Part shown: piece after piece, positions 39,315 through 49,900 of the stretch
How positions within the stretch are numbered: the first letter of the stretch is position 1
How the letters are laid out: each line of letters begins with the position of its first letter
Origin: Zancudomyces culisetae HAW-14-8
Taxonomy: Eukaryota; Fungi; Kickxellomycota
Assembly: GCA_052426225.1 (NCBI GenBank)
Contig: JBNJNM010000021.1
Span: forward strand, 3,368,750 to 3,432,749
Direction: 5' to 3'
DNA: 64,000 nucleotides
Position numbers and translations under genes: made by a program
The notes under the pieces: model-generated
Database searches by the model: none
Seen by the model: only the letters and a program-made list of their open reading frames with translations
What the model was told of the DNA's origin: nothing

Positions 39315-40128
39315 CGAGGAATTTGGTCCGACAAAACTAAAATCAACTGATTTGGATCTGATGGAAATGAATGGACTTGGGTTCGTGATGGTGTGAGTCT
39401 ACAGCCGCACAATATTAACCTGACCGTAAAACACGGTGGAGGATCATTAATGATTTGGGGATGCATCACAGCATTTGGAACTGGCTACATGTACCGAATA
39501 GAAGGAATGATAAACAAGGAAGGTTATTTAAACATTTTAAAAGACGAGCTTAGCAATACAATAAAGTACTACAATTTGGATCCCAAGTCAATAATATTTC
39601 AACATGACAATGATCCTAAACATACCTCAAAGTTAGTTACATGCTGGCTTGAAAACCAGGAATATAATACATTGAACTGGCCGCCACAATCTCCAGACTT
39701 AAACCCAATCGAAACTATATGGGCAATCATCAAAAGACGGCTAAATAGATACAGTAAACCTCCGTCCGGGATGATCGAATTAAGGGAGCGAATAGAAACG
39801 GAATGGAATTTAATTTCAGTGGAAACAATACTTGGTCTTATATATAGTATGCCCAAAAGAGTTGAGGCAGTTATCAAGGCTAAAGGAAGGTGGACAGAAT
39901 TTTAAAGTTTTTTTTTGAAAAATTCCCAAAATTGTCTCATTTTTAAAATTTTTTCAGTTTATAATTTTTAATGAATTTTTAACAAATAATAATACTAATT
40001 ATAAAAATTAAATTATACCAATTGTGCATTATAAAATATAAAATTATCTAATTTCTGGATTTTATTGAGCGAGATATTACAATTTGCAAATTATTTTCTA
40101 TATTTTGAGACATTTTTGAAACTCACTG
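39315..40128 (+). mobile_element. Tc1 transposon, 3' half with ~230-bp right TIR
   Basis: Transposase motifs FQHDNDPKH and WPPQSPDLNPIE (39393-39905). Ends TTTTTGAAACTCACTG|TA, the reverse complement of the TIR at 48260. Confidence 0.9.
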
Positions 40129-40130
40129 TA

Positions 40131-42411
40131 CGTATTGAGACTGATTTTTATTTCAGTATTAAAGTAAACACTATTATCAAGGAAGTCTACAGTATCTGCT
40201 GAATTGATAGCGAGGGTCATATTTATTCCAGGGATGCTGTTGTTGGCGGTGTGTATAAGTTTGGATAAATTGTCTTTGTGAGTTACTGTTAGAAATGGCC
40301 AATTCCCGTTAATAATTATAGTTACATTTTGGCTTATGAAAAATTTAACCTATTATATTAATTCATTTCCGGCATTCGAAAATGTCTTCCGACATGAAAT
40401 TATGTTAGCAGAATACACCATCAAATATCAGATTTTATTCATAGAAAAATTACATAGAAAATTCAAGAAATTTTACATTATTATATTTATAATTAACCAT
40501 GGTAAAACTGGATAGACATAATCCATAGAGAATTGGATATCTAAAATCCATGATTAAATTGATAATATAATATATGCCAAAATCATTAAGTAAAATCTAT
40601 GCTAAAATTGATATACAAAATCAATGTTAAAATTTATAAACAAAATCAATGTAAATTGATATACAAATATAATGTTATAATCGATAATCTAAATACAAGT
40701 TAAAATCAAAAAATGAAATGATAAGTTTACGATAAGTAGATACCTAATCTAATTAGATTATACATTATCATATTTTTATAGCTAAAATATATTTTCTTTA
40801 AGTTTTTCTTCATAGTAAAATTCTCTAATAAAAAGTTATGTTTACCCTTCGAAATTCCGTTGGGATAAATCAGAGAAAAATATATATTTATTAACTCATC
40901 TAATAATATATTTTTCTAAATACCTACTTCATCTAATAAATACATAATAAGAATAACTAATCCACGGTTCAAAGTTATAAGCAGCTAATTGTTTATATCA
41001 GTTTTCTAGAATTTATCGTTAATATATCTGTATTAATGAAGGCAAAATATTTTAAAATATTATCAATATTTGAAGGTATAGTATAGTTCATTTATTCTGC
41101 ATTGGTGCCCATTGTGATAACAATAATATATTTAAATACATTATTATGATACATAAAATAGTTGATTCACAAATGTAAATTGTGGCATCAGTTAGTTATT
41201 GAGATTTGGTCAATTTAAGAATAGTACTGTCAAAGTTTTGATTCGAACAATTGAATTAAAGTTACAAATCGAGTGATTCTATGATGTAGTTATTGGGAAT
41301 AACTTTGTTTTCAAGTTGTTTGATCAATTCTAGGTAATTTCTTAGATTACTGGGTTTTCTTATTCGATTAATATATTCTATTGTTTTATATAGAATCTTT
41401 ATTAGCCAATTGGTAGCAGATGTAATTGGACGAAATTAATTGGCGTTTTATATATTTTAATAAATATTAGTTATGCTGTAATTGGATAAAATAATCTATA
41501 TGTAGTAGACTAGTTTGCATTTTAAATATTATAATGTAGAAAAGTAGTTAATTAGTATTTATAGATGTAATATTAATTACTTGATCATTAATGTCATCTG
41601 AGTTATTACGAATTTGTACAATATTGTTAGTGTTGTTTAGTATTTTCAATACTTGTTTGTGATAATCTTGTGTATCCATGATTATAGGGCCTATGTGTTT
41701 ATTAAATATATTATGTTAATACTTCCGTTATGTTGATATTATTGATAACCCTAAGTATAAAGATTTAGTTATCTCTGTGAATTTAGGAGTGATAGCATAT
41801 AATAATTTTTACTCAAGCATTTCAGAATAATTTCTTAATAATTTGTCATCAACGTTGTTAAAATAATATAACTTTTGGTAAAAAGAAGAGTGGTATTATA
41901 AAAAGAAAGGTCAATGTAATGTACTTCATTGTTAAGTAATTGAGGTATGTGTTTAATTCTTTTTTTTAATATAAGCTGTTTACTTTCTTATTTGGAAGTC
42001 ATACTGTGAAAAAAAGTAACTGTATCTAGATATTTTTTAGTTGACTTTGTTGTATTTTTGGTAAAGTTACTTAGTAATTGTTGATGATAATGATAATTGA
42101 AGTATAAACTGTGTTTTACTTTCTTTTTGAATATTATGTTGTGATTCCTTCTTTGGCGCCATGAGAACTTTTGTATAGATTTGTGTTGTTAAATACTCTT
42201 TATTTATTGTTAATTGAATGTCTTTTGTTGGATTTGTAGTTTTTTAGCTTTCTTTTGATGTTTTTTCTTTTGCAGTAATTTTTATTATTTTGGTTTTGTT
42301 GGTTGATGATTTCGACGCAATTTGTTGCCATAATACACATATCTCTGTTCATCTAAACTTGCTTGTGTATCCACTATCATCGAGTTTTGTTCTAGTTTCT
42401 TTATAGCCTTC
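40131..42411 (-). mobile_element. Degenerate Penelope-like RT, copy 1
   Basis: Remnants NKHIGPIIMDTQDYH, RPITSATNW, ITMGTNA, RYINDK. Colinear with 53859-56141. Confidence 0.75.
40287..41000. mobile_element. Solo LTR (family D) inside PLE copy 1
   Basis: TGTTAG...TATCA ends; same site and sequence as 54015-54723. Confidence 0.65.
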
Positions 42412-42532
42412 TGTCAGAATCGCATTATTTACCCATAAGTTTTAATATTTATTTTTAATCATATTTAATTACGTTTGAATCCTAACTTGGGTACATTAAG
42501 TTTCCCAACTTAAATAAATTAGTTTCCTGACA
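42412..42532 (+). repeat. 5' LTR (121 bp)
   Basis: Direct repeat of 47896-48016 with 4 substitutions. Confidence 0.95.
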
Positions 42533-42534
42533 TT

Positions 42535-42545
42535 TTGGGAAACTT
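42535..42545 (+). promoter_or_regulatory. Self-priming-type PBS
   Basis: TTGGGAAACTT is the perfect reverse complement of LTR 42498-42508 (AAGTTTCCCAA). Confidence 0.7.
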
Positions 42546-42551
42546 CTATTA

Positions 42552-43520
42552 TTGGTTGAAGAGTTAATGATGGTCCACCAATTAGATGAGATCGCAAAAT
42601 TAGCTATGCAACAAGCTTTGCAAGAAAGTCAAGCTCAAGCCCAGGCTCAAGCCCAGACACCCGCCCAAGTCCCCAGTCAGTTGCAGAATTTACCTGCACC
42701 AAATCCGCAGCCAAGGATTGATGGTATCAGAATACCAGAAATCCAGAAATACTCAGGAGAATCAGGAAGGTTCCGAGCCTTCACCGCCGAGATCAAGCGC
42801 CAGTTCTGGGCCAGACCAGACGTGTTCCAGAGTGACCATAACAAGATATGGTTCATCAGTTCTCACCTTGCCGGTCATGCTGCCCTGTGGTTCGATAACC
42901 TTATCGATACCCAATCACCGTTGCTCTCAGATTTCAAAGGGTTTGAGAATGAATTTCAAAAGAGATTCTCAGATCCTGGCCACCAAGCCCGAGCTATCAC
43001 CCAGCTTCATAGTTGCCGCCAGTCCCAGCGTTCCGTCCTGGAATTTGCAACCGAGTTCAGAAACCTCGCCTCTCTCAGTGGATTCAACGAGCCAGCCAAA
43101 ATTCACCTGTTTTACATCGGATTGGATACTAGCCTTGTCCAGCGCCTTGCCACTGAACCGCTACCAAACACCTTGGATCAGCTCATTGATCAGGTGATTG
43201 AGCTTGAGAACAGAATCAATGCCCGCAGTGCCTACCTGCCCAAGAGAAGCGTCCCATTCCGCAACTGGAGTACTCCGGCTCCACCGGTCTTCCCCCGTCC
43301 AGCCATGCCTGTCCCAGATCACCAGGCTCCTGAACCAATGGACGTTGATGCCGTCACCTCCCGTCCAAGAGCACCGCTAGATACAGCCGAACGTCAGAGA
43401 AGATTAGCCAATAATCTTTGTCTATACTGTGGTCAGCCGAACCACATTCTCCGTAACTGTCCGCTCCGCAGGCCAAGACCCCCTATACCTGGGGTGCCAA
43501 AAGACAGTGCTCAGATGTAG
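42552..43520 (+). CDS. gag: Gag (first ATG at 42567)
   Basis: PEIQKYSGE, capsid motif QSQRSVLEFATEF, EPMDVDA and zinc knuckle CLYCGQPNHILRNC. Confidence 0.92.
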   Translation: MVEELMMVHQLDEIAKLAMQQALQESQAQAQAQAQTPAQVPSQLQNLPAPNPQPRIDGIRIPEIQKYSGESGRFRAFTAEIKRQFWARPDVFQSDHNKIWFISSHLAGHAALWFDNLIDTQSPLLSDFKGFENEFQKRFSDPGHQARAITQLHSCRQSQRSVLEFATEFRNLASLSGFNEPAKIHLFYIGLDTSLVQRLATEPLPNTLDQLIDQVIELENRINARSAYLPKRSVPFRNWSTPAPPVFPRPAMPVPDHQAPEPMDVDAVTSRPRAPLDTAERQRRLANNLCLYCGQPNHILRNCPLRRPRPPIPGVPKDSAQM

Positions 43521-46500
43521 TCCGGGAGTTACTCCTGAGCGTAGCAAATAATTCTAATATTTCTAGTAATAAATTTCATATTAAAGTTGTTTTAAATAAT
43601 CTATACGAACTTGTTGCATTAGTGGACTCCGGTGCTTCAGCCAACTTTATTCGTCAAGATTTATTAGAAAAACTAAACCTCCCAACCAAAGAAGCTGAAA
43701 AAACCATCGTCCTAGAAAGTGTTGATGGTCACCAGATATACCCAGGGGGCATAAATGTCAAGGTTGATAATGGCCATATCAAGTCCGGTCCTAACCACTC
43801 TGAACACCTAGACCTTATCCCGATTCCAACCAATCACGCTGACATTATTTTTGGATTACCCTGGTTACGCAAACACAATCCTAGTATAACTTGGCCAGAC
43901 CTCCAGATCCACTTCGACTCTGACTTTTGCAGTACAAATTGTGTTGATACCCACTCCATCCAGGCCGTGTTCAAGTCACCTGATGAACCAGATCCAGATC
44001 CAGTAGAACAAAATACCAGTCAGAATACGTCCACAAACCCAACTATCCTCCAAAGGGTGTTGAATAGATTATCAACTACCCTGCTTCCACACAGTGCCAA
44101 GTTGCTCGAATCGGTCAAGTTGGACGATTCAAACACTGAAAATCAAAGATTTTCACCGCCTCCGTCTCCTGATCTCCCCAGCCCAGCTCCGTCAAATCCA
44201 TACGCCAGAATTGAAGAGATTCTACCTGTTCCTGTTCCTGTTCCTGCACCAGTCCAATCAGTCACTCCAGAACCTGAAACCCAAAGTTTGCCCAAACCCG
44301 CAGCTATTGAGAATCCAGTAGATAACCATGTTGTCAAGCAAATTCCTGAGCCCCATCGTCCAGTAACCCCTGTGCCAAAAGTACCACTCAGACCTGAACT
44401 TCCCAAAGCAATCCTGAAGAAAATTGAGCCAAGAGAACCAGTCGTCAGATCCCGGCCATTTCATAAAAATACCCCAGTCACCACCCCCGAGCCAGAATAT
44501 TCCTTGGATCCAGATCCTGTAACTTTTGCCGTTCCTGAGTCCCCGCTAGAGTACTTGGAAGAATTTCCGCAACTTCCAGTAATATACTCTGAATTCAAGG
44601 AAGTGTTCAATCCCAAGTCTGCCGTTTCACTTCCTCCTCACCGCCGTTATGACTGTCCTGTCAACACCAAAGAGGGTTACACCCCATACTGGGGGCCAAT
44701 ATACCCGCTATCTGAAGTAGAGTTAGAGTCTCTAAGAGGCTACATCCGTGAAAACCTCACCAATGGCTTCATCAGACGCTCTGTTTCCCCTGCCGGTGCA
44801 CCAATCATGTTTGTAAAGAAGAAGTCTGGAGACTTGCGCCTTTGTGTTGACTACCGCCGATTGAACGAAGCTACCATCAAGAATAGGTACCCATTACCTA
44901 GGATTGATGAGGCGTTCGATCGGCTGCGTACAGCCAAGGTCTTTACAAAATTGGATCTCAAAGGTGCCTACAACTTGGTGCGGATCAAGGAAGGTGACGA
45001 GTGGAAAACTGCATTTAGGTGCAGATATGGCCACTTTGAGTACCAGGTCATGCCATTTGGCTTGACAAATGCTCCGGCTACCTTTCAGCACTTTATCAAT
45101 GATGTGTTACGAGATGTATTGGATCTCTATGCAATTGCATACCTTGACGACATCTTGATATTTTCCAATGACACTGACACTCACATCAATCATGTGAAAT
45201 CTGTTCTGAAAAAGCTGCTTGAAAATGGTCTGTACTGTAACGCCGAAAAATGTCACTTCCATATCAGGGAAATTGAATTTCTAGGTCATGTTGTGTCTTC
45301 AGATGGAATAGCCACCGATCCTGCTAAAGTCAAGTGTGTAAAGGAATGGCTACCACCCACCAATGTCAAGGAGGTCCAGAAGTTTCTCGGTTTTGCCAAT
45401 TACTACCGAAAGTTTATCCCATACTTCTCGCTGAAAGCCCTGCCAATCACAAGACTTCTGAAAAAGGATACACCGTTCGTTTGGAGTAAGGAGGCAGGTG
45501 AAGCCTTTAATACTCTTATCCAGGATCTCACCACTTCCCCCGTTCTCAGATACCCTGACCCAGGAAAACAGTTTATTCTGGAAACTGACGCCTCAGACTA
45601 CGCCATTGGGGCTGCTCTGTCCCAAGAAGATGAAAACGGTGATCTCCGTCCTTGTGCCTACTACTCTTACAAACTCAACACTGCCGAATCCAACTATAAT
45701 ATCTATGACAAGGAACTTTTGGCAATCATCAAGGCTCTCAAAGAATGGCGACATCATCTGGAAGGCTCCTCCATCCCGTTCAAGATTCTTACTGACCATA
45801 AGAATCTGGAGACCTTTAAAAATCTGAAGTCACTCAACAGAAGACACGCAAGGTGGTCTCTTGATCTCAGTAGATTCAGCTTCATCATAACCTACAGGCC
45901 TGGATCTCAAGGAGGCAAACCTGACGCTCTTTCTCGTTTGCCCAATCACACACCTGATAAGGTCGCCAACAACAACATCATAGGCGAAGACCACTTCATA
46001 GACATTATCAGCATAGTGGACAGTGATTTTGCTCGAGAAATCGCCAAATCCAGCAAAGCCCATCTAGAAGGATTATTGGATGCCGCAAGATACCAGAGCA
46101 GCCATAAGTCTAACGAGCCAGTAGAAGTTGAAGATGGGATTGTAATGCTTGGAAACCGTGTTGTCGTCCCCGACAAAATGAAGCCGCAAGTTGTAAGTTC
46201 TAGACATGACAGTGGCCCAGCCGGTCATTTTGGTGCTAAGAAGACATTGGAGCTCGTGGAACGAGACTTTTGGTTTCCAGGAATGCGCAAATTTATTAAA
46301 GAGTTTGTTCAAACCTGTGATACATGCAATAGATCAAAGGACAGAAGACACAAAGTTTACGGTAAACTACTTCCGCTGCCCGCTCCTTCAGGCCCATGGA
46401 AATATATTACCATGGATTTCATAACTGATCTTCCTCCATCCAACAAGCACACTACTATTATGGTAGTGGTAGACAGGTTCACTAAAATGAGCCATTTCAT

Positions 46501-47455
46501 CCCGCTTAAGAAGCTGCCATCCTCAGAAGAAACTGCCTCCGCCTTCTTTACCCACGTATTCAAGCTTCATGGACTACCAGACGTCATAATCTCTGACCGT
46601 GGAACCCAATTCTCGTCCAAATTTTGGAGTTCACTATTCAAACTGCTCAAAGTTGATACTAGGATGTCTACAGCCTTCCATCCAGAGACAGACGGTCAAA
46701 CGGAGCGGGTGAATCAAACATTGGAACAGTATCTACGCTGTTTCATCAACTATCAGCAAGATAATTGGTTTGAACTGCTCCCAATTGCCGAATTTGCTTA
46801 TAACAACACTCTCCACTCCAGCACTAATACTTCTCCTTTCTTTGCTCTATATGGTTACCATCCAAGATTTGATCCTCAAATCACTAAAAACGTTCACGTC
46901 CCCAGTGCTTCTGATAGGATAAAACAACTTAAAGAACTTCAATCAGCCCTCACTTCCATACTTAACAAGAAATCTCAGGAATATAAAAAGTATGCTGATG
47001 TAAACCGATCTGAACATCCAAAGTATAAACTAGGTGACAAGGTTTGGCTATCCAGCCAAAATATCAAAACTCAAAGGCCTTCTAAAAAGTTTGACCATAG
47101 ACTTCTAGGACCTTTCACCATCTCTAAAATTATCAATCCTGTTTCTGTCCGTTTAGACCTCCCGCCATCAATGAAAATCCATAACACTTTTCATGTCTCG
47201 TTATTGGAACCGTATATCGAACCCAGCAGTAACCGCAGATTAATAGACAGTCCTCCTCCACCTCTAATTATAAATGGAAATAAAGAATATGAAGTTAAGG
47301 CTATTTTGGATTCTAAGCTTGTACGGGATAAAAAATATTACTTAGTTGATTGGAAAGGCTTTGATATAAGTGAAAGAAGCTGGGAGCCGATTGAAAACAT
47401 AAACGCGCCTCAACTAATGAAAAAATACTATAAGACATATCCCAACAAACCATAA
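43457..47455 (+). CDS. pol: Pol polyprotein in the -1 frame relative to gag (frame open from 43457; ORF track starts at 43622)
   Basis: Protease LVDSGA, RT YLDD, RNase H ETDASD, integrase HHCC and DDE, GPF motif, chromodomain YEVKAILD...YLVDWKGF...SWEP. Confidence 0.95.
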   Translation: MSAPQAKTPYTWGAKRQCSDVVRELLLSVANNSNISSNKFHIKVVLNNLYELVALVDSGASANFIRQDLLEKLNLPTKEAEKTIVLESVDGHQIYPGGINVKVDNGHIKSGPNHSEHLDLIPIPTNHADIIFGLPWLRKHNPSITWPDLQIHFDSDFCSTNCVDTHSIQAVFKSPDEPDPDPVEQNTSQNTSTNPTILQRVLNRLSTTLLPHSAKLLESVKLDDSNTENQRFSPPPSPDLPSPAPSNPYARIEEILPVPVPVPAPVQSVTPEPETQSLPKPAAIENPVDNHVVKQIPEPHRPVTPVPKVPLRPELPKAILKKIEPREPVVRSRPFHKNTPVTTPEPEYSLDPDPVTFAVPESPLEYLEEFPQLPVIYSEFKEVFNPKSAVSLPPHRRYDCPVNTKEGYTPYWGPIYPLSEVELESLRGYIRENLTNGFIRRSVSPAGAPIMFVKKKSGDLRLCVDYRRLNEATIKNRYPLPRIDEAFDRLRTAKVFTKLDLKGAYNLVRIKEGDEWKTAFRCRYGHFEYQVMPFGLTNAPATFQHFINDVLRDVLDLYAIAYLDDILIFSNDTDTHINHVKSVLKKLLENGLYCNAEKCHFHIREIEFLGHVVSSDGIATDPAKVKCVKEWLPPTNVKEVQKFLGFANYYRKFIPYFSLKALPITRLLKKDTPFVWSKEAGEAFNTLIQDLTTSPVLRYPDPGKQFILETDASDYAIGAALSQEDENGDLRPCAYYSYKLNTAESNYNIYDKELLAIIKALKEWRHHLEGSSIPFKILTDHKNLETFKNLKSLNRRHARWSLDLSRFSFIITYRPGSQGGKPDALSRLPNHTPDKVANNNIIGEDHFIDIISIVDSDFAREIAKSSKAHLEGLLDAARYQSSHKSNEPVEVEDGIVMLGNRVVVPDKMKPQVVSSRHDSGPAGHFGAKKTLELVERDFWFPGMRKFIKEFVQTCDTCNRSKDRRHKVYGKLLPLPAPSGPWKYITMDFITDLPPSNKHTTIMVVVDRFTKMSHFIPLKKLPSSEETASAFFTHVFKLHGLPDVIISDRGTQFSSKFWSSLFKLLKVDTRMSTAFHPETDGQTERVNQTLEQYLRCFINYQQDNWFELLPIAEFAYNNTLHSSTNTSPFFALYGYHPRFDPQITKNVHVPSASDRIKQLKELQSALTSILNKKSQEYKKYADVNRSEHPKYKLGDKVWLSSQNIKTQRPSKKFDHRLLGPFTISKIINPVSVRLDLPPSMKIHNTFHVSLLEPYIEPSSNRRLIDSPPPPLIINGNKEYEVKAILDSKLVRDKKYYLVDWKGFDISERSWEPIENINAPQLMKKYYKTYPNKP

Positions 47456-47568
47456 GAGCAACATTATATTATTATTTAATCAACATTATACCTAAATACT
47501 TATCTATAAAAACTATAAAAACAACCTAAAAACAACTAAAAAGCATAAAAAATTATAAAATAAAAAAT

Positions 47569-47836
47569 AAAAAAAAAATGAACTTAGGAATGCGCTAACA
47601 TCTTGGGCCACACAATCACGTGATTCGAATTAACTGCTCGAGATCCCGAAGGAGTTATCGGAGAGGTGAAACGGTCCGGTACTAGTCCCGAAGGACGTCA
47701 TCGCGCACATTGGCCCCGTGAAACATCACATCCACTCTACAGCTAATTACTTCCCAATTACGGTCTTACAGCGAAGGATCGAACCAGGGTCCTGCAGAAT
47801 ACAAGTTCGACGCCTTAGCCACTCGACTATAAGCTC
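47569..47836 (-). ncRNA. Putative Pol III-transcribed, tRNA-headed structured RNA, antisense in the retrotransposon 3' UTR
   Basis: A box TAGTCGAGTGG (47829-47819), B box GGTTCGATCC (47785-47776), TATATAAA (47867-47860), two cUUCGg hairpins, long-range stems and a T10 run (47578-47569). Confidence 0.6.
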
Positions 47837-47895
47837 ACACTTTTGTCCAAGATATTATTTTTATATATTTAAAATATTCTTTGAAGGGGGGATAA

Positions 47896-48016
47896 TGTCA
47901 GAATCGCATTATTTACCCATAAGTTTTAATATTTATTTTTAATCATTTTTAATTACATTTGAATCCTAACTTGGGAACATTAAGTTTCACAACTTAAATA
48001 AATTAGTTTCCTGACA
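47896..48016 (+). repeat. 3' LTR (121 bp)
   Basis: Follows the PPT; matches the 5' LTR. Confidence 0.95.
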
Positions 48017-48259
48017 GTAACCTTACAGCTAGGTCTTTCTGAAAATCTGAGGATGCTAGGCAGAATTTCATAACGCTACGAAAAATAATAGCTTTTTAAA
48101 CATTGTAAAAACTAATTTAGGTTCTACAATTTTTAATTTTTCAACTATCAATTATCTGACAACCTTTAGATCGATAGTAGATACTTTGATGTTTATTATT
48201 TTTACTTAAAAAACAGAAATAATTATAATTTAAGTCAATCTTATAGGAACGTATAAATA

Positions 48260-49457
48260 CAGTGAGTTTCAAAAATTCTCTAAATATTGAAAATAATAAA
48301 TCAAGTCTAATATCTCACTCAATAATTTCCAGAAATTATATGTTTTTTATATTATAATATGCACTAATGTTATAATTTAATTTTATATAAACTGTAAATT
48401 TATTGGATAAAAATTCATTATGAAATTTTAAATTGAAAAAATTTTAAAAATGAGACAATTTAAGAATTTTTCAAAAAAAAAATTTAAACTATCATAACTT
48501 TATGAATTCAAAATTATATATTTTTAAACTTTTACATATAATAATATATATAATTTTTATACCAATCAAATGTAAATTTTTAAAAAATGATATTTGAACA
48601 ACGTAAACTGGATATAAAAAACGCGATACTTGAAGGCAGAAACATTGACCAAATCATTATAGAAAATGGAGTTAGTAAAGCAAAAATATACAGAATTAAA
48701 GCAGCAATGAATATCAATTTACCGGCTAATATACGCGGTCGTCCAGCGAAGCTTTCACCCCAAAGCAAGCGAATATGTACTAGGATGATATTATCTGGAT
48801 AGTATCGATCTGCTACTTCGATACAAAAGAAGTTAGAAATGGATAATATTGTTAGTGCTTGTAAGTCTATAATATATAGGGTTTTAATGATCTAAAAGCC
48901 GTTGCAAAAAAAAACCTCCAAACCGAAACTGAGCCTTAAAAATATTACAAAAAGGTTGAGATTCGCAAAATCTCATCGCCACTGAACTACTTATGATTGA
49001 TGGCGAGTAGTTTGATCCGACGAAACTAAAATCAACCGATTTGGATCTGATGGAAATGAATGGACTTGGGTTCGTGATGGTGTGAGTCTACAGCCGCACA
49101 ATATTAACCAGACCGTAAAACACGGTGGAGGATCATTAATGATCTGGGGATGCATCACAGCATTTGGAACTGGCTACATGTGCCGAATAGAAGGATTGTT
49201 AAACAAGGAAGGTTATTTAAACATTTTAAAAGACGAGCTTAGCAATACAATAAAGTACTACAAGCTGGATCCCAAGTCAATAATATTTCAACATGACAAT
49301 GATCCTAATCATACCTCAAAGTTAGTTACATGCTGGCTTGAAAACCAGGAATATAATACATTGAACTGGCCGCCACAATCTCCAGACTTAAACCCAATCG
49401 AAACTATATGGGCAATCATCAAAAGACACCTAAATAGATTCAGTAAACCTCCGTCCG
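48260..49457 (+). mobile_element. Tc1 transposon, 5' part with left TIR and degenerate transposase
   Basis: TA|CAGTGAGTTTCAAAAA; GRPAKLS; (W)SDETKINRFG; near-identical overlap with 39325-39770; cut by an LTR at 49458. Confidence 0.9.
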
Positions 49458-49496
49458 TGTTAGGAACGGTATATTTTAGTATCCAAGGTTGGGGTG

Positions 49497-49900
49497 TGTC
49501 ATGATCCATTCATGACATTATTGCTATTTATAATAACATATTAAAAATAGCAAATGTTAATTTTATTAACATTTTCTCCGCTTTAATTCTTACTTCATAA
49601 TCAATAATTATGGAGTAAGAATTAAATCTATTAATAATTTGGTTTTACCCCAAATTATTAAATGTTAACTGTGGAGTTGACAGTTAATTTTATTTAGTTT
49701 TAGTTATAGTTTAAGTTATAGTTTAAGTATAGTTTTATAATGTTTTACAATTAATTTTGTATATTGTAAAACTATATAAGTACAAGGATTTTATTGCTTT
49801 AGGAAACTTTAGCAATAAAATACTTTTCATCTCATAGTATTTTATTAAATAAATCATAGCCATAGTTACTATAAATAGTACTTAGTGTCAAGTCGTGACA
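49497..49900. mobile_element. Solo LTR (family A), TSD GGGTG
   Basis: TGTCA...TGACA ends, perfect 5-bp TSD, homologous to 61418-61812. Confidence 0.9.

Larger units (their letters stand above)
42412..48016 (+). mobile_element. Apparently intact Ty3/Gypsy chromovirus (Tf1/Sushi-like), 5.6 kb
   Basis: 121-bp TG...CA LTRs, uninterrupted gag and pol (PR-RT-RH-IN-chromodomain), PPT GAAGGGGGGATAA at 47883-47895. Confidence 0.95.

Noticed and set aside
47670-47686. Minus-strand CTAGTACCGGACCG resembles the rRNA sarcin-ricin loop
   Set aside because: It lacks the GAGA tetraloop and the flanks do not convincingly match LSU rRNA; too short to support.
47762-47836. Functional tRNA-Thr(TGT) gene
   Set aside because: A and B boxes are good, but the acceptor, anticodon and T stems pair poorly. 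Treated as a tRNA-derived promoter or head instead.
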